Shown here piece after piece: positions 30,605-41,249 of a DNA stretch of 64,000 nt. The notes below the pieces were generated by a model. The model was given only the letters and a program-made list of their open reading frames with translations. It was not told where the DNA came from and did no database searches. Origin of the DNA: a virus. The stretch is from IMG/VR virus record IMGVR_UViG_3300044613_001897. The stretch is one strand, 5' to 3'. The position numbers and the translations under genes were made by a program. Each line of letters begins with the position of its first letter. The first letter of the stretch is position 1.

Positions 30605-33249
30605 TTAAATTAAATAGTAAACAGTTTAAGAATCCGATAACGGGTACCTTTGAAGGTATATTCTCAGGTAATGGTGAAGGAGTAACCGGCGTTGTGACAG
30701 CATCGTATTCAGTTACTTCTAGTTATGCATCTAATGCAGAATTATTAGATGGAAAAGACTCATTATACTTTACTAGTACTGGTAGTTTCAATAGTTTTAC
30801 TAGTAGCTATTATCAAGATAGCGCATCATTTAGTTCTAGCATATCCAGCAATAAAGATAATATTCAACTATTGTCAACATATACCGGAAGTTATACAACT
30901 ACAGGTAGTAATACTTTTAACGGAAATCAAACAATATCCGGAAGTTTAAACGTAATCGGATCCGATTATACCAACACATCAGCATCATTTGATACTAGAA
31001 TACTAGAAAACTCTGCTTCGATAACACTATTATCTGGTAGCTATCTATTTAGTAGTGGAGGTTTTAGTACTAGAATATCTACATTAGAAAACTTTAGTTC
31101 TTCATTAAATGCTACATTTGCTAGTGTAGATCAATTAAATTCTGCTACTGCAAGTTTAAGTAGCTCTATAGCTATACTGAGTAGCAGTTATTTAGAATCT
31201 AGCCAATCGTTCAATACTAATATACAATCATTAATAGATGCCACTAGTTCATATATAGTAAATTCACAGACAGGATCATTTGTAACGACAGAGTCTTTTC
31301 ATAACTTTACTAGTTCATATACAACAGCGTCATTTACGGGTAGCTACACAGGAGATGGTGGAGGATTAACCAATATACCAGCATCTGGAATTGTAGGATT
31401 GAATTTATCACAAGTTGCAACAGGATCTGTATCAGCCTCAGTAAATGTAGGGTCAACAATTTTTTCTATTGAAAACGCAGGATCTAATTTACTCACAATA
31501 TCAAACGTTGGAGTAGTATTAGTTAGCCAATCAATTAATATAGGTAGAGCAGAAGATGGTGACTATACAGACGGTCTATATACTGATATCACACCAGCTA
31601 CAACTGTAGGAACAATGGTAGATCGTTTCAATGAAATATTAAAAGGTTTATCTCCAGCCCCTGCACCTGATCTAGATAACTTTGAATCAATAACATTAGG
31701 AACCAATAGTTTAAGACTTGCTTTTGGAGCAGCACAATCAACTTCTTCTTACGAGAACGTAACAGGGACAGGATCATTAAGTGCTGTTGATTTCACCCAG
31801 CAGTTCAACCAATCTACAGGAACTGGAGGTGGCAGATTACGTTTAGGTACATTTGCAGCAACAACTACACTAACAATAAGATTAAATGAGGATGTTAATG
31901 CTGATGGATCACCGTTTGTTAACTACCCTGCGAATGCATTTAATGTGCCGGCAGCTGGAGGTGAATCCTATACTTTAGAGATAAATGGGAATACATACAC
32001 AGAAACAACAACTGGAACTGGTAGTTTAAGTGGTACATACTTCACTTTAACATCAGGATCAACCGGATTTTTTCCTGCTACTGGTTTATCATTTAATATT
32101 TTCTATAACAGAACAGGTACTGTTGCTATTCCTGCTGTTTTATGGAGAAACGGTTGGAATTTTGTTAGAGTGAGACAGGGTACTAATGTTACTAATTTTG
32201 TAGACTGGGTTTATGATCCTGCTGCTGCTTCTGGAAACTTCCCTTATTCGTTTAATGGATTTACAACTGCCTCAGTTTCACCAACAGGTGAAAAGGCATT
32301 ATCTGGTATAAAATATTACACTGGATTTTCATACAATGTAACCGGGTCAATTTCCAATTACTATAAAAACGTTTATAACATATCAGCTAAATCATTTAGT
32401 AGTTTAACCAGTGGTTTAAGTGCGGGTACTTTATCAATACCTACTCCCACTACACCGGAGGATATAATACAGGTTAATAGTACTCATACTTTTGCTGTTA
32501 GTGGCCAAAGATTATTAAGTCAGAGTTTAAGTTCTACTTTATCCATTACTAATGATTTTAGTAAAACAGGAACAACAGGAGCTATTACAACACCTACTAT
32601 TTTGTTAGATAATATTAATACTGCCAATACTACTATTGCTGAAAACTTCTGCCTAGAGGACCGAAGAGTTCCTTCAGCCTCATACGATACACAGATATCT
32701 GCAACAAATGCTATTGGAACTTTCGCAAGTGCATCTGCTTTAGGATCTTCTGATTTAGCTGTTTATACTGGCACTTTAAGATACCCAACACAGGTACTAA
32801 ACTCAGGTAACGTAGCAGGTGCAGGTGTTGTTTATGCAATAGCAGGACAGCCTAACTACTCTGGTGCAACAGGAACTAGGTACTTTTATAGAGTATTTAC
32901 AAACGGAGCTAGTCAGTTAGCAGGATGGTCAATTACAATAAATGGAACTAATACTTCTTTTGTATCTTTTGGAACTGCTTTAACGAGTAATAATATGAGG
33001 ATAGGAATTAAAGTACCGGGCACAACAGGATATAGAGATATGTTAACTGCTGCCCCTGGAGCTGGTACCTACACACCATCAGATGATGGAGTAGGATGCC
33101 AATCAGGAGGAGCTATTTCTTTAGGAGTAGCAGGTGCTATAAGTTTAGTTTCAGAACGTCTACCAGCCAATCAAGTATTTGTTTTACGTTTAGAAGTGAG
33201 TTCAAGCTGGGTTGGGACAATTTCATCTATATCAATCACAGGCTTTTAA
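30601..33249 (+). CDS. Ser/Thr/Gly-rich virion structural protein (fibre or collar)
   Basis: 882 aa with dense TGS/SAS/SSS motifs and coiled-coil segments. Confidence 0.6.
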   Translation: MIKLNSKQFKNPITGTFEGIFSGNGEGVTGVVTASYSVTSSYASNAELLDGKDSLYFTSTGSFNSFTSSYYQDSASFSSSISSNKDNIQLLSTYTGSYTTTGSNTFNGNQTISGSLNVIGSDYTNTSASFDTRILENSASITLLSGSYLFSSGGFSTRISTLENFSSSLNATFASVDQLNSATASLSSSIAILSSSYLESSQSFNTNIQSLIDATSSYIVNSQTGSFVTTESFHNFTSSYTTASFTGSYTGDGGGLTNIPASGIVGLNLSQVATGSVSASVNVGSTIFSIENAGSNLLTISNVGVVLVSQSINIGRAEDGDYTDGLYTDITPATTVGTMVDRFNEILKGLSPAPAPDLDNFESITLGTNSLRLAFGAAQSTSSYENVTGTGSLSAVDFTQQFNQSTGTGGGRLRLGTFAATTTLTIRLNEDVNADGSPFVNYPANAFNVPAAGGESYTLEINGNTYTETTTGTGSLSGTYFTLTSGSTGFFPATGLSFNIFYNRTGTVAIPAVLWRNGWNFVRVRQGTNVTNFVDWVYDPAAASGNFPYSFNGFTTASVSPTGEKALSGIKYYTGFSYNVTGSISNYYKNVYNISAKSFSSLTSGLSAGTLSIPTPTTPEDIIQVNSTHTFAVSGQRLLSQSLSSTLSITNDFSKTGTTGAITTPTILLDNINTANTTIAENFCLEDRRVPSASYDTQISATNAIGTFASASALGSSDLAVYTGTLRYPTQVLNSGNVAGAGVVYAIAGQPNYSGATGTRYFYRVFTNGASQLAGWSITINGTNTSFVSFGTALTSNNMRIGIKVPGTTGYRDMLTAAPGAGTYTPSDDGVGCQSGGAISLGVAGAISLVSERLPANQVFVLRLEVSSSWVGTISSISITGF

Positions 33250-33262
33250 TTAATATAAACAA

Positions 33263-34483
33263 ATGGCACTAACCCAACTCAACCAATTACAAATAGCCTT
33301 TAAAAAGTTAGCAGGTAAGTCACATACTTCTCCTAAGTTAGGAGTTTCTAATGAAAATCTTCCCTCTTTTATACAGTTAGGAAACAATACTTTATTTGCA
33401 AACCCTATCCCCTCTACTGGACTGCCTAGTAATCTTTATCAAACATCAAGTAATGGTGTTGTAGAAAAAATTAGATTTGAATTAGTTGCTTTTTCTGATG
33501 GCGGATATACACCTTCTAATGGAACAGTATTATCAAATACAAGTATAAATGCTGAAGGTGAGACTGCAACAAACGGTAACCATACATACGTATTAAGAAT
33601 ATCAGGAAGCTATAATTCAAGATCAAACAACCCTAAAAAAGGATCTCCACCTTTTACAGATGGGTATTATTTAACTGGAAGTAATGGTACTTTGCAAATT
33701 GTCCCTCCTACATTTGGAAGTGGATACGCTATAACTTTATATACAGCCGCAGGAGTTGAAATTCCACCTTTATCAACTATTGATTGGATTTTAGATTATT
33801 CCACAGGTGTTTTATATGCCCAAGATGCCCCTGGTGATGTTACTCCGGGATTAATTGATGCTTTTATTTATATTGGAAAATACCAAAATGATCCAACTCT
33901 AGAATACATAGGATTATTCTCAGGTTCATTACAGGGTACAGCATCCTACTCTTCCCAAGCATTATCTTCTTCTTATGCTTTAACCGCATCGTTTGCATTA
34001 AATGCAGGAACAACTATAAACACAGGTTCGTTTGTAACTACAAGTAGTTTTAATAATTTTACTTCATCATATAATACTGGATCGTTTACTGGTTCATTTA
34101 CAGGAAGCGTTTTAGGAACAGCATCTTTTGCTAATCAAGCTTTAAGTTCATCTTATGCTTTAACAGCATCCTACTTAGACAACTATGTTCCACCATTTCC
34201 ATTCACTGGATCAGCTCAGATAACCGGTAGCTTAATAGTAACAGGATCAGTATCTGCAACATCATTTATAGGAAATGGTTCACAATTAACAGGAATACAA
34301 AGAACAAGACAATTTGATTATAGCGGATCTTATTCATATCAAGGTAGCGCACCAAGCGGAAGTTCAGTAAGTGCATCCGTATGGGACATTTACAGAATTG
34401 AAATATTTATAAGCGGAACAGTAGATACCAAATTTGCATCAAATGCTATTTGGGCAGACAGATATACAACAATTTATTCATAA
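33263..34483 (+). CDS. Virion structural/fibre protein
   Basis: GTASY/ALSSSYALTAS fibre-type repeats. Confidence 0.6.
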   Translation: MALTQLNQLQIAFKKLAGKSHTSPKLGVSNENLPSFIQLGNNTLFANPIPSTGLPSNLYQTSSNGVVEKIRFELVAFSDGGYTPSNGTVLSNTSINAEGETATNGNHTYVLRISGSYNSRSNNPKKGSPPFTDGYYLTGSNGTLQIVPPTFGSGYAITLYTAAGVEIPPLSTIDWILDYSTGVLYAQDAPGDVTPGLIDAFIYIGKYQNDPTLEYIGLFSGSLQGTASYSSQALSSSYALTASFALNAGTTINTGSFVTTSSFNNFTSSYNTGSFTGSFTGSVLGTASFANQALSSSYALTASYLDNYVPPFPFTGSAQITGSLIVTGSVSATSFIGNGSQLTGIQRTRQFDYSGSYSYQGSAPSGSSVSASVWDIYRIEIFISGTVDTKFASNAIWADRYTTIYS

Positions 34484-34497
34484 AAAAACAATAAGAT

Positions 34498-34794
34498 ATG
34501 CCTTTAATTAGCACACAACCCACAATAGTAGATGGAAAAGAATATCCATTTTTAGCATTAAATATGGCGGTAAGTCCATTTTGGCAACCTCAATATGTAG
34601 GAGGTTCAATAGCTTTAAGATTTACTCCATTTAGATATGATGAAAATCATAATGTAGAGAAATTGGAAAATCCTGATTATCAAAAAGTAGTAAGCATGAT
34701 GGATGTATTTGAAAACGGAACAGCAGAGGAAAAAGAAATAGCAGGAAAAATAATGGAGCAAATACAATTTTTAATCAATTATAAAGGATTCTAA
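34498..34794 (+). CDS. Small hypothetical protein, possible fibre chaperone
   Basis: 98 aa, between fibre-type genes. Confidence 0.55.
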   Translation: MPLISTQPTIVDGKEYPFLALNMAVSPFWQPQYVGGSIALRFTPFRYDENHNVEKLENPDYQKVVSMMDVFENGTAEEKEIAGKIMEQIQFLINYKGF

Positions 34795-35918
34795 TGGCTA
34801 CAATAACATCAGCAGCATCAGGTAATTGGAGTGCAGGAGCAACATGGAGTGGGGGTGTAGCTCCTGGAGTTAATGATGATGCTGTAATTGGTGCAGGTCA
34901 TACTGTAACACTTGATATTGATGCAACAGTAATTAGTTTAAGTGGTGCTGCTAATGCAGCTTCAAATTTAGCAATAACAACAAGCAGGAATTTTACTTGT
35001 ACAGGGGCTAATGGAATAACATCTAAGACTGTATCAAATGGAGGTGCTTTAGTCAGAATAACAGGGGTGGGAACTACAGTTAATATTAATTCTAACATAT
35101 CTCATACAGTTGCAGTTGCAGGAACAGGAACTTTTGCTTTACAGGTTTCAACAATATGTACAGTACATATTGTTGGTAATATAATTGTAGGTGATAATAT
35201 AAATCATGCTACTTTAGTTATTGACGCTGCAACTGTTAATATAACAGGTAATGTAAGTGGTGGTAGCAATGCAATCAGAGTAAATGGAAATTCAACTCTT
35301 TATATAACAGGAAATGTTACAGGTGGAGTTGCAGGCACACAAGCTACAATAGCAAACGCAACATCAGCTTGTACAATAAACATTACAGGAAATTGTACTG
35401 CTCAAACAAATATTGCATTAACGTCTTCACAAAATAGTACAATTACAATAGTTGGTACAATAACAGCAAGCAGTACAGTAGTTGGAGTTAATATGTCATC
35501 AGGAAATATTACAATATCCACACCTTGTCTAAATGCAACAAATGGTGTAATGGCGGTATTATCTCCAAATGTAAAAATATACAGTAGTGCAATTGCAAGT
35601 TGGAGATTTGCAACAGATGTTCCAGCAACTAATAAATTTATATATTCGGCAGGTGTAGCACTAGGAAACCCAGAAATAGAAGATGTTAGAGATGGAACAG
35701 TATATGGAGCATCAAGTGAATTAACAGGTTCATTGATTATGGCAATACCTGCTAATGTAAGAAGAGGTGTTAATACAGATGCAACAGTTGGAACAGCAGA
35801 TTTAACAGCACAAGACATATTTACAGAAATAGCAAGTAGTTCTGACCCTATTGCTGTAAGATTAAGAAACATTGCAACAGTACAAACTACTGGAGCACAA
35901 TTAGCATCATATAATTAA
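34794..35918 (+). CDS. Beta-helix structural protein, paralog 1
   Basis: GNWS...W..G..P..DD N-terminus and INITGNVTG repeats. Confidence 0.6.
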   Translation: MATITSAASGNWSAGATWSGGVAPGVNDDAVIGAGHTVTLDIDATVISLSGAANAASNLAITTSRNFTCTGANGITSKTVSNGGALVRITGVGTTVNINSNISHTVAVAGTGTFALQVSTICTVHIVGNIIVGDNINHATLVIDAATVNITGNVSGGSNAIRVNGNSTLYITGNVTGGVAGTQATIANATSACTINITGNCTAQTNIALTSSQNSTITIVGTITASSTVVGVNMSSGNITISTPCLNATNGVMAVLSPNVKIYSSAIASWRFATDVPATNKFIYSAGVALGNPEIEDVRDGTVYGASSELTGSLIMAIPANVRRGVNTDATVGTADLTAQDIFTEIASSSDPIAVRLRNIATVQTTGAQLASYN

Positions 35919-35920
35919 CT

Positions 35921-37054
35921 ATGGCTGATAAATATCCTTTAGCAAATGGAAATTGGAGTACGGCAGCCAATTGGAATGATGGAACTAAACCCATTGCAGG
36001 AGACGATGTATATGCAGATGGTAAGACTGTAACTATTGATGAAAATGTAAATGTCGGAACTATTAGAAATACCGTTCGGAGTGGTGGTACAACAGGAGGT
36101 GCTTTCTTAGTTACTTCTGGTGGGTTTACTATAACGACTACATCCGCACAAGGCTTCTTCCCTAATGCAGGTACATACTTATTACAGCTAAGCCACACTA
36201 CAGGAACAAACACAATAAATGGTTCGGTAGTTTGTCCAGGTACATCTAATAATGGTATATCAATTAGTGGTGTAGGTGGGACTACTAATATCAACGGAAA
36301 CATAACAACTAATGGAGCTTCGGTTGCTCTTCTTGTTTCAGCAGCAGCTACGGTTAATATAGTTGGCAATTTACAAGCAGGCACTTCATCAAGTTGTTGC
36401 TCTATTACAGCAGCAGCAACTGTGACTGTAACTGGAAATGTAACAGGGGCAGCAGGAGGTGGTGGTGCTGGTATAAACAATGCATCAGTAGCAGCTACAA
36501 TTAATATAACTGGCAATGTTACAGGGCAAGTAAGTGCTGGAATATCAAGTACAATTGCATCGGTTGTTACAGTTAAAGGTATTGTTACGTCCTCTAATAC
36601 AATTGCTGCTATTTCTTTATCAAGTACATCAGTATCATTTACTTTTTCAGGAACAGCAATTAATTCATCTAATGGTGTAATGGCTATTTATTGTCCTAAT
36701 ATTAAATTATATAATGATAATGCTGATACAGTAGAATGGAGATTTAGGGATGAATTAGGTAATGTAAAAACATTATACAGTGCAGGACTAGTATTAGGAA
36801 ACCCTGTTATTACAAACGTAAGGAGTGGAATTACTTATGGAACATCATTAGAATTAACAGGAACAATGATAGTTCCAAGTCCAAGTGATGTAAGAATTTC
36901 AGTACCAACAGATAATACAGTAGGTACAGGACAATTAACAGCAGCAGATTTTCTTGCTGCAATATCAAGTAGTTTAGATCCGATAGCTGTAAGATTAAAA
37001 AACGTATCTACAGTAGATACTACTGGAGCACAAATGGCAAGTTATAATATTTAA
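35921..37054 (+). CDS. Beta-helix structural protein, paralog 2
   Basis: Same architecture as 34794 and shared C-terminus DPIAVRLxNxxTVxTTGAQxASYN. Confidence 0.6.
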   Translation: MADKYPLANGNWSTAANWNDGTKPIAGDDVYADGKTVTIDENVNVGTIRNTVRSGGTTGGAFLVTSGGFTITTTSAQGFFPNAGTYLLQLSHTTGTNTINGSVVCPGTSNNGISISGVGGTTNINGNITTNGASVALLVSAAATVNIVGNLQAGTSSSCCSITAAATVTVTGNVTGAAGGGGAGINNASVAATINITGNVTGQVSAGISSTIASVVTVKGIVTSSNTIAAISLSSTSVSFTFSGTAINSSNGVMAIYCPNIKLYNDNADTVEWRFRDELGNVKTLYSAGLVLGNPVITNVRSGITYGTSLELTGTMIVPSPSDVRISVPTDNTVGTGQLTAADFLAAISSSLDPIAVRLKNVSTVDTTGAQMASYNI

Positions 37055-37089
37055 AGTAAAAATTTACATATTTATATTAAAATAGTTAT

Positions 37090-37359
37090 ATGTCAGACGT
37101 AAACCAAATTACACCAGAAGAATTAGTACAGTTACGAACTCTACAAGAATCTTATTCAGAAATCACTGCAAAGTTTGGACAATTAAAAGTAGAACAGATA
37201 CTTTTAAAAGGTCAACTAGAAAGATTAGCTGAATTAGAAAAATCATTCGAACTACAGTATACTGAAACTCAAACTAAAGAGACCGAGTTTTTACAATCGT
37301 TAGAAACTAAATACGGTAGAATTTCTATAAATATAGAAACAGGAGAAATTACTAAGTAA
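37090..37359 (+). CDS. Small coiled-coil protein
   Basis: 89 aa, ends KYGRISINIETGEI. Promoter motif upstream. Confidence 0.6.
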   Translation: MSDVNQITPEELVQLRTLQESYSEITAKFGQLKVEQILLKGQLERLAELEKSFELQYTETQTKETEFLQSLETKYGRISINIETGEITK

Positions 37360-37452
37360 ATTCCAAATAAAATATTTTTCAGTTTTTTGTATCATATTTA
37401 TATGTAGATACGACCTGTATCTGACTGTTAACAATTAAAATTTAATACAACA

Positions 37453-39924
37453 ATGGCTGAAAAAATAGTTTCTCCTGGAGTCTTTACTAATGAAAAAGAC
37501 CAATCATTTTTACCAACCGGTATATCACAAATCGGTGCTGCAGTAATAGGCCCAACAATTAAGGGTCCTGCATTTATCCCAACAATTATAGAATCATATA
37601 ATGATTTTGTAGCTAAGTTTGGTGATACAACTCTTGAAAGTTATGTACCTTATACTATAAAAGAGTATATGAAAAACTCTGGAAGAGTAACTGTGGTAAG
37701 AACATTATTTGAAGATGGTTATAAAGTAGCCGCACCATTAGGAATAGTAGTATCTGGTAGCTATGGTAAAAGGTTAGTAGCCGTATTGCATCCTACTCAA
37801 AAGTTATCTAATACAAATACGTATAATGGTACATTGCCAGCTTTTGAAACATCAACAGTAACAAATAGTTTAACTACATCAGGTAGTTTTGTATTAACTG
37901 TATCTGGATCATCATTAGTACAATATGGATCATCCGTATTTTCTGCAAGTTTAGTTAGCACAAGTCCGCAATATCTTACTAAGATATTACCATTAGGACC
38001 TAAAACAAATATTAGTGCAGCTGCCATATCTGGATCACAACCTGCTTATTTATACAATATATTTAGTACCGCAATAAGCGCATCGTTAGCGACTGATGCT
38101 AATTCTAAAGTTGAGATAGTGACTGGTTCTATATCGCCTGTAAGTTGGGATTTTACAAATGACGCATCATTTGCATCTACCCCTTGGATTACATCACAAC
38201 AAACAAATGGTAATATCACTAAAGATCTATTCAAATTACATACATTATCAGATGGTAATGCAGTTAATTATGAAGTTAAAATAGGAGTATCAGATGTTAG
38301 GCCTGCCGGAACTGTACCTGGATCAAATTATGGTTCATTTACAGTAGTGGTTAGAGCAGTAGATCAATCAGCTATTCAAGGATCACCGTTCAATACAGAT
38401 GATTCTGATAATAGACCAAATATTGTTGAATTATTTGATAATGTTAGCTTAGATCCTAATTCATCTAATTATATAGTTAGAAGAATAGGAGACAGATATG
38501 TTACTATAGATGATGCAGGTAAAATTAGCTATGAAGGAGATTATCCTAATAAATCAACATTCATTAGAGTTGAAGTAGATTCTGATGTTAATAATATGGT
38601 TAATACACCAGATTTAGTTCCATTTGGATTTAGAGCGTTAGTTGCTCCAGTACCTACAGGATTTGTTGGTACAGTATCAATACCTGCAGTATCTTATGTT
38701 ACTAATCAAGTAATTGGATCATCTTACAATAAGAGAAAATATTTAGGATTCGATTATGATTTCTCAGGAACAGATAACTTAAATTATCTAACACCGCTAC
38801 CGGTAGAGGCGGCACAAACAACAGGATCTAATACAGACTTCTATTTAGGAAATTATACACAAAATGCAGGAGCAGGATTAGGTACTGGTTCAATAGACTT
38901 AACAACCGCTACTTCATTAGATACTCGTAAATTTATGGTACCATTCCAAGGTGGATTTGATGGTACTTATCCGAACTTAATTAAATTGAATGGCGCTGAT
39001 ATAATTTCTGCAAATATGCAAGGATTTGATTTATCTGGACCAACAGCTACTGGATATATAGCTTATAAAAAAGCAATAGATGCAGTAAGCAATCCTGATG
39101 AGTTTGATATTAATATGTTAGTAGTTCCTGGAACTAACTATACAGAGCATCCTGGTATTCTAGATTATGCTATGAACACAGCAATAGATAGAGGAGATAC
39201 ATTTGTAGTAGTTGATGCAGCAGGATTACCTGCCGCTCTTACACCTGCTGCAACCGCATTAGCAGAAGCAGTAGATACAGTTGGTACAATAGATAATAAT
39301 TATGCGGCTACTTATTGGCCATGGGTAAAAATATTGGACACTGCAATAAATAAACCTGTATGGGTACCTACAAGTGTTGTAATACCAGGCGTAGTAGCAT
39401 TCAATGATAAAGTTGCAGCTGAATGGTATGCCCCTGCAGGATTAAATAGAGGAGGCCTTACATCAGTAATTGATGCTTGGACAAGATTAACTAGAGAAGA
39501 AAGAGATACTTTATATCAAGCAAGAGTAAACCCAATCGCTACATTCCCTGGACAAGGAGTATGTGTATGGGGACAGAAAACATTACAAGCTAAACCATCA
39601 GCATTGGATAGAGTAAATGTAAGACGTCTATTAATAGCGCTTAAGAAATATATAGCTTCTGCATCTAAGTATCTAGTATTTGAAAATAATACAGCAGCTA
39701 CTAGAAACAGATTCTTAAATATTGTTAATCCTTATTTAGCATCTGTTCAACAGAGACAAGGTTTATATGCGTTCAAAGTAGTAATGGATGAAACAAATAA
39801 TACTCCAGATCTAATAGATAGAAATATAATGTATGGTCAGATATTTTTACAACCAGCTAAGGCCGCTGAGTTTATCGTAATCGACTTTAACGTTCTACCT
39901 ACAGGTGCTGCATTTGCACAATAA
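37453..39924 (+). CDS. Tail sheath protein (T4 gp18-like)
   Basis: SPGVFTNEKDQS, WYAPAGLNRG, VWGQKTLQ, LDRVNVRRLL, VMDETNNTPD. Confidence 0.97.
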   Translation: MAEKIVSPGVFTNEKDQSFLPTGISQIGAAVIGPTIKGPAFIPTIIESYNDFVAKFGDTTLESYVPYTIKEYMKNSGRVTVVRTLFEDGYKVAAPLGIVVSGSYGKRLVAVLHPTQKLSNTNTYNGTLPAFETSTVTNSLTTSGSFVLTVSGSSLVQYGSSVFSASLVSTSPQYLTKILPLGPKTNISAAAISGSQPAYLYNIFSTAISASLATDANSKVEIVTGSISPVSWDFTNDASFASTPWITSQQTNGNITKDLFKLHTLSDGNAVNYEVKIGVSDVRPAGTVPGSNYGSFTVVVRAVDQSAIQGSPFNTDDSDNRPNIVELFDNVSLDPNSSNYIVRRIGDRYVTIDDAGKISYEGDYPNKSTFIRVEVDSDVNNMVNTPDLVPFGFRALVAPVPTGFVGTVSIPAVSYVTNQVIGSSYNKRKYLGFDYDFSGTDNLNYLTPLPVEAAQTTGSNTDFYLGNYTQNAGAGLGTGSIDLTTATSLDTRKFMVPFQGGFDGTYPNLIKLNGADIISANMQGFDLSGPTATGYIAYKKAIDAVSNPDEFDINMLVVPGTNYTEHPGILDYAMNTAIDRGDTFVVVDAAGLPAALTPAATALAEAVDTVGTIDNNYAATYWPWVKILDTAINKPVWVPTSVVIPGVVAFNDKVAAEWYAPAGLNRGGLTSVIDAWTRLTREERDTLYQARVNPIATFPGQGVCVWGQKTLQAKPSALDRVNVRRLLIALKKYIASASKYLVFENNTAATRNRFLNIVNPYLASVQQRQGLYAFKVVMDETNNTPDLIDRNIMYGQIFLQPAKAAEFIVIDFNVLPTGAAFAQ

Positions 39925-39943
39925 TTGGTTTAATCAAAAATAT

Positions 39944-39969
39944 AAAGAGGGACTTCGGTCCCTTTCTTT
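39944..39969 (+). terminator. Intrinsic terminator with a cUUCGg tetraloop
   Basis: agggac-ttcg-gtccct followed by ttcttt. Confidence 0.85.
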
Positions 39970-40067
39970 ATGTTTATTTATACATCACAATAAAAAAGTT
40001 TTAAAAATTACTTTTTTTATATCTTATTCCATATTTATTATAAATTAAATCACACACAAAAAAAACA

Positions 40068-40397
40068 ATGAAACAATCAGAATTTAGAAAACTCATCAAA
40101 GAAGAATTAAGCTCGATATTATCCGAAGCTAAATTTAATTCGATTGACGATTTGATGACATACGCTGGACAAAAGTATAAAGTTAAATTTACTAAACAAA
40201 AATCTAATTTAGCCGCGGCAGAAGTTCCGGAATCGAGACTTGGCATTTTTGCAAACGTATTAGACGTATGTCAGGTAGTTATACGATATAACCCTTCAAG
40301 AACTACACCATCAGAACAATATTCTATAAACTTACGTTGGAAGGCACAAGGACGTAAAGATTTTGATGGTAGCCGTCTAGAAGGTAAATTGTATTAA
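40068..40397 (+). CDS. Leader-A accessory protein
   Basis: MKQSEFRKLIKEELSSILSE. Confidence 0.7.
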   Translation: MKQSEFRKLIKEELSSILSEAKFNSIDDLMTYAGQKYKVKFTKQKSNLAAAEVPESRLGIFANVLDVCQVVIRYNPSRTTPSEQYSINLRWKAQGRKDFDGSRLEGKLY

Positions 40398-40441
40398 TTG
40401 CTAGAGTAATTTATATTAAAATTTTAAAATCAAAAAAAACA

Positions 40442-40801
40442 ATGAAACTATCACAATTTAGAGCTCTTATCAGAGAGGAAATCAGAAAGGAGTTAAAAGC
40501 TAGACCATTAAACGAAGATTATATTAGAAAGATGAATCTTTATGATCCTGCATTTAAAAATCTATCACCTCAAGATTATCAAAAATTAAACACATTAATG
40601 CAACAGTTCGATAAAATGGTGAATGCAAATGATGATTTATTTGAACTTGTAAGCGATGTAACAGACCCGCGAAGTTTAGCGGACGCACCGAATTGGAGAG
40701 ACCATTTTGAAACTGTAGCAGACGAAGTAAAGAGTGAATTTCCAATAGCAGCAAAATTAGCTAAAGGAATTGCTGCTATTGTATCAAAAGTTGCAAACTA
40801 A
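40442..40801 (+). CDS. Leader-A accessory protein
   Basis: MKLSQFRALIREEIRKELKARPLNE. Confidence 0.7.
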   Translation: MKLSQFRALIREEIRKELKARPLNEDYIRKMNLYDPAFKNLSPQDYQKLNTLMQQFDKMVNANDDLFELVSDVTDPRSLADAPNWRDHFETVADEVKSEFPIAAKLAKGIAAIVSKVAN

Positions 40802-40825
40802 TATTTTAAGTTCAAAATAATGTTG

Positions 40826-40847
40826 AAAGGGCTATTTGCCCTTTTTT
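40826..40847 (+). terminator. Intrinsic terminator
   Basis: aaagggc-tattt-gcccttt followed by ttt. Confidence 0.75.
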
Positions 40848-40882
40848 CATGTTTGTATCGATATTTATAATAAATCAGTAAT

Positions 40883-41239
40883 ATGAAAAAATCAGAACTA
40901 AGAAATCTAATTAAAGAAGAAATCACTGCTATATTAAAAGAACAAGATGCTGATCAAGCAATGTCAGCAATATCTAGTATTAAATCAGCAGTGAAAGATT
41001 TATCTAGTTCAGCAACAGTACAAGAAGATCCAGTACTGCAAAAGTTATTAGCAAAGTATACAGGACTATTAGGTAAAATTACATCATACATAACACAGAA
41101 GTATAACGTTACTAATGGTGAGGAATCACCGGAAGCAGCTCCTGAAAAGGATGCTCAACCAAAAGCTGAGAAACCTGTCGTTAATTCTAAACCAAAGACT
41201 ACAACGTCCGGAGCTCCCAATTATTCAGAAACTATATAA
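40883..41239 (+). CDS. Leader-A accessory protein
   Basis: MKKSELRNLIKEEITAILKE. Confidence 0.7.
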   Translation: MKKSELRNLIKEEITAILKEQDADQAMSAISSIKSAVKDLSSSATVQEDPVLQKLLAKYTGLLGKITSYITQKYNVTNGEESPEAAPEKDAQPKAEKPVVNSKPKTTTSGAPNYSETI

Positions 41240-41249
41240 TCTGTATAGT

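Noticed and set aside
30601-30630. MIKLNSKQFK as a leader-B member
   Set aside because: It lacks the LLxE ending and the protein looks like an exterior structural protein.
41115-41249. 129-aa version of the membrane protein
   Set aside because: It overlaps the 40883 gene. ATG 41250 is the more plausible start.
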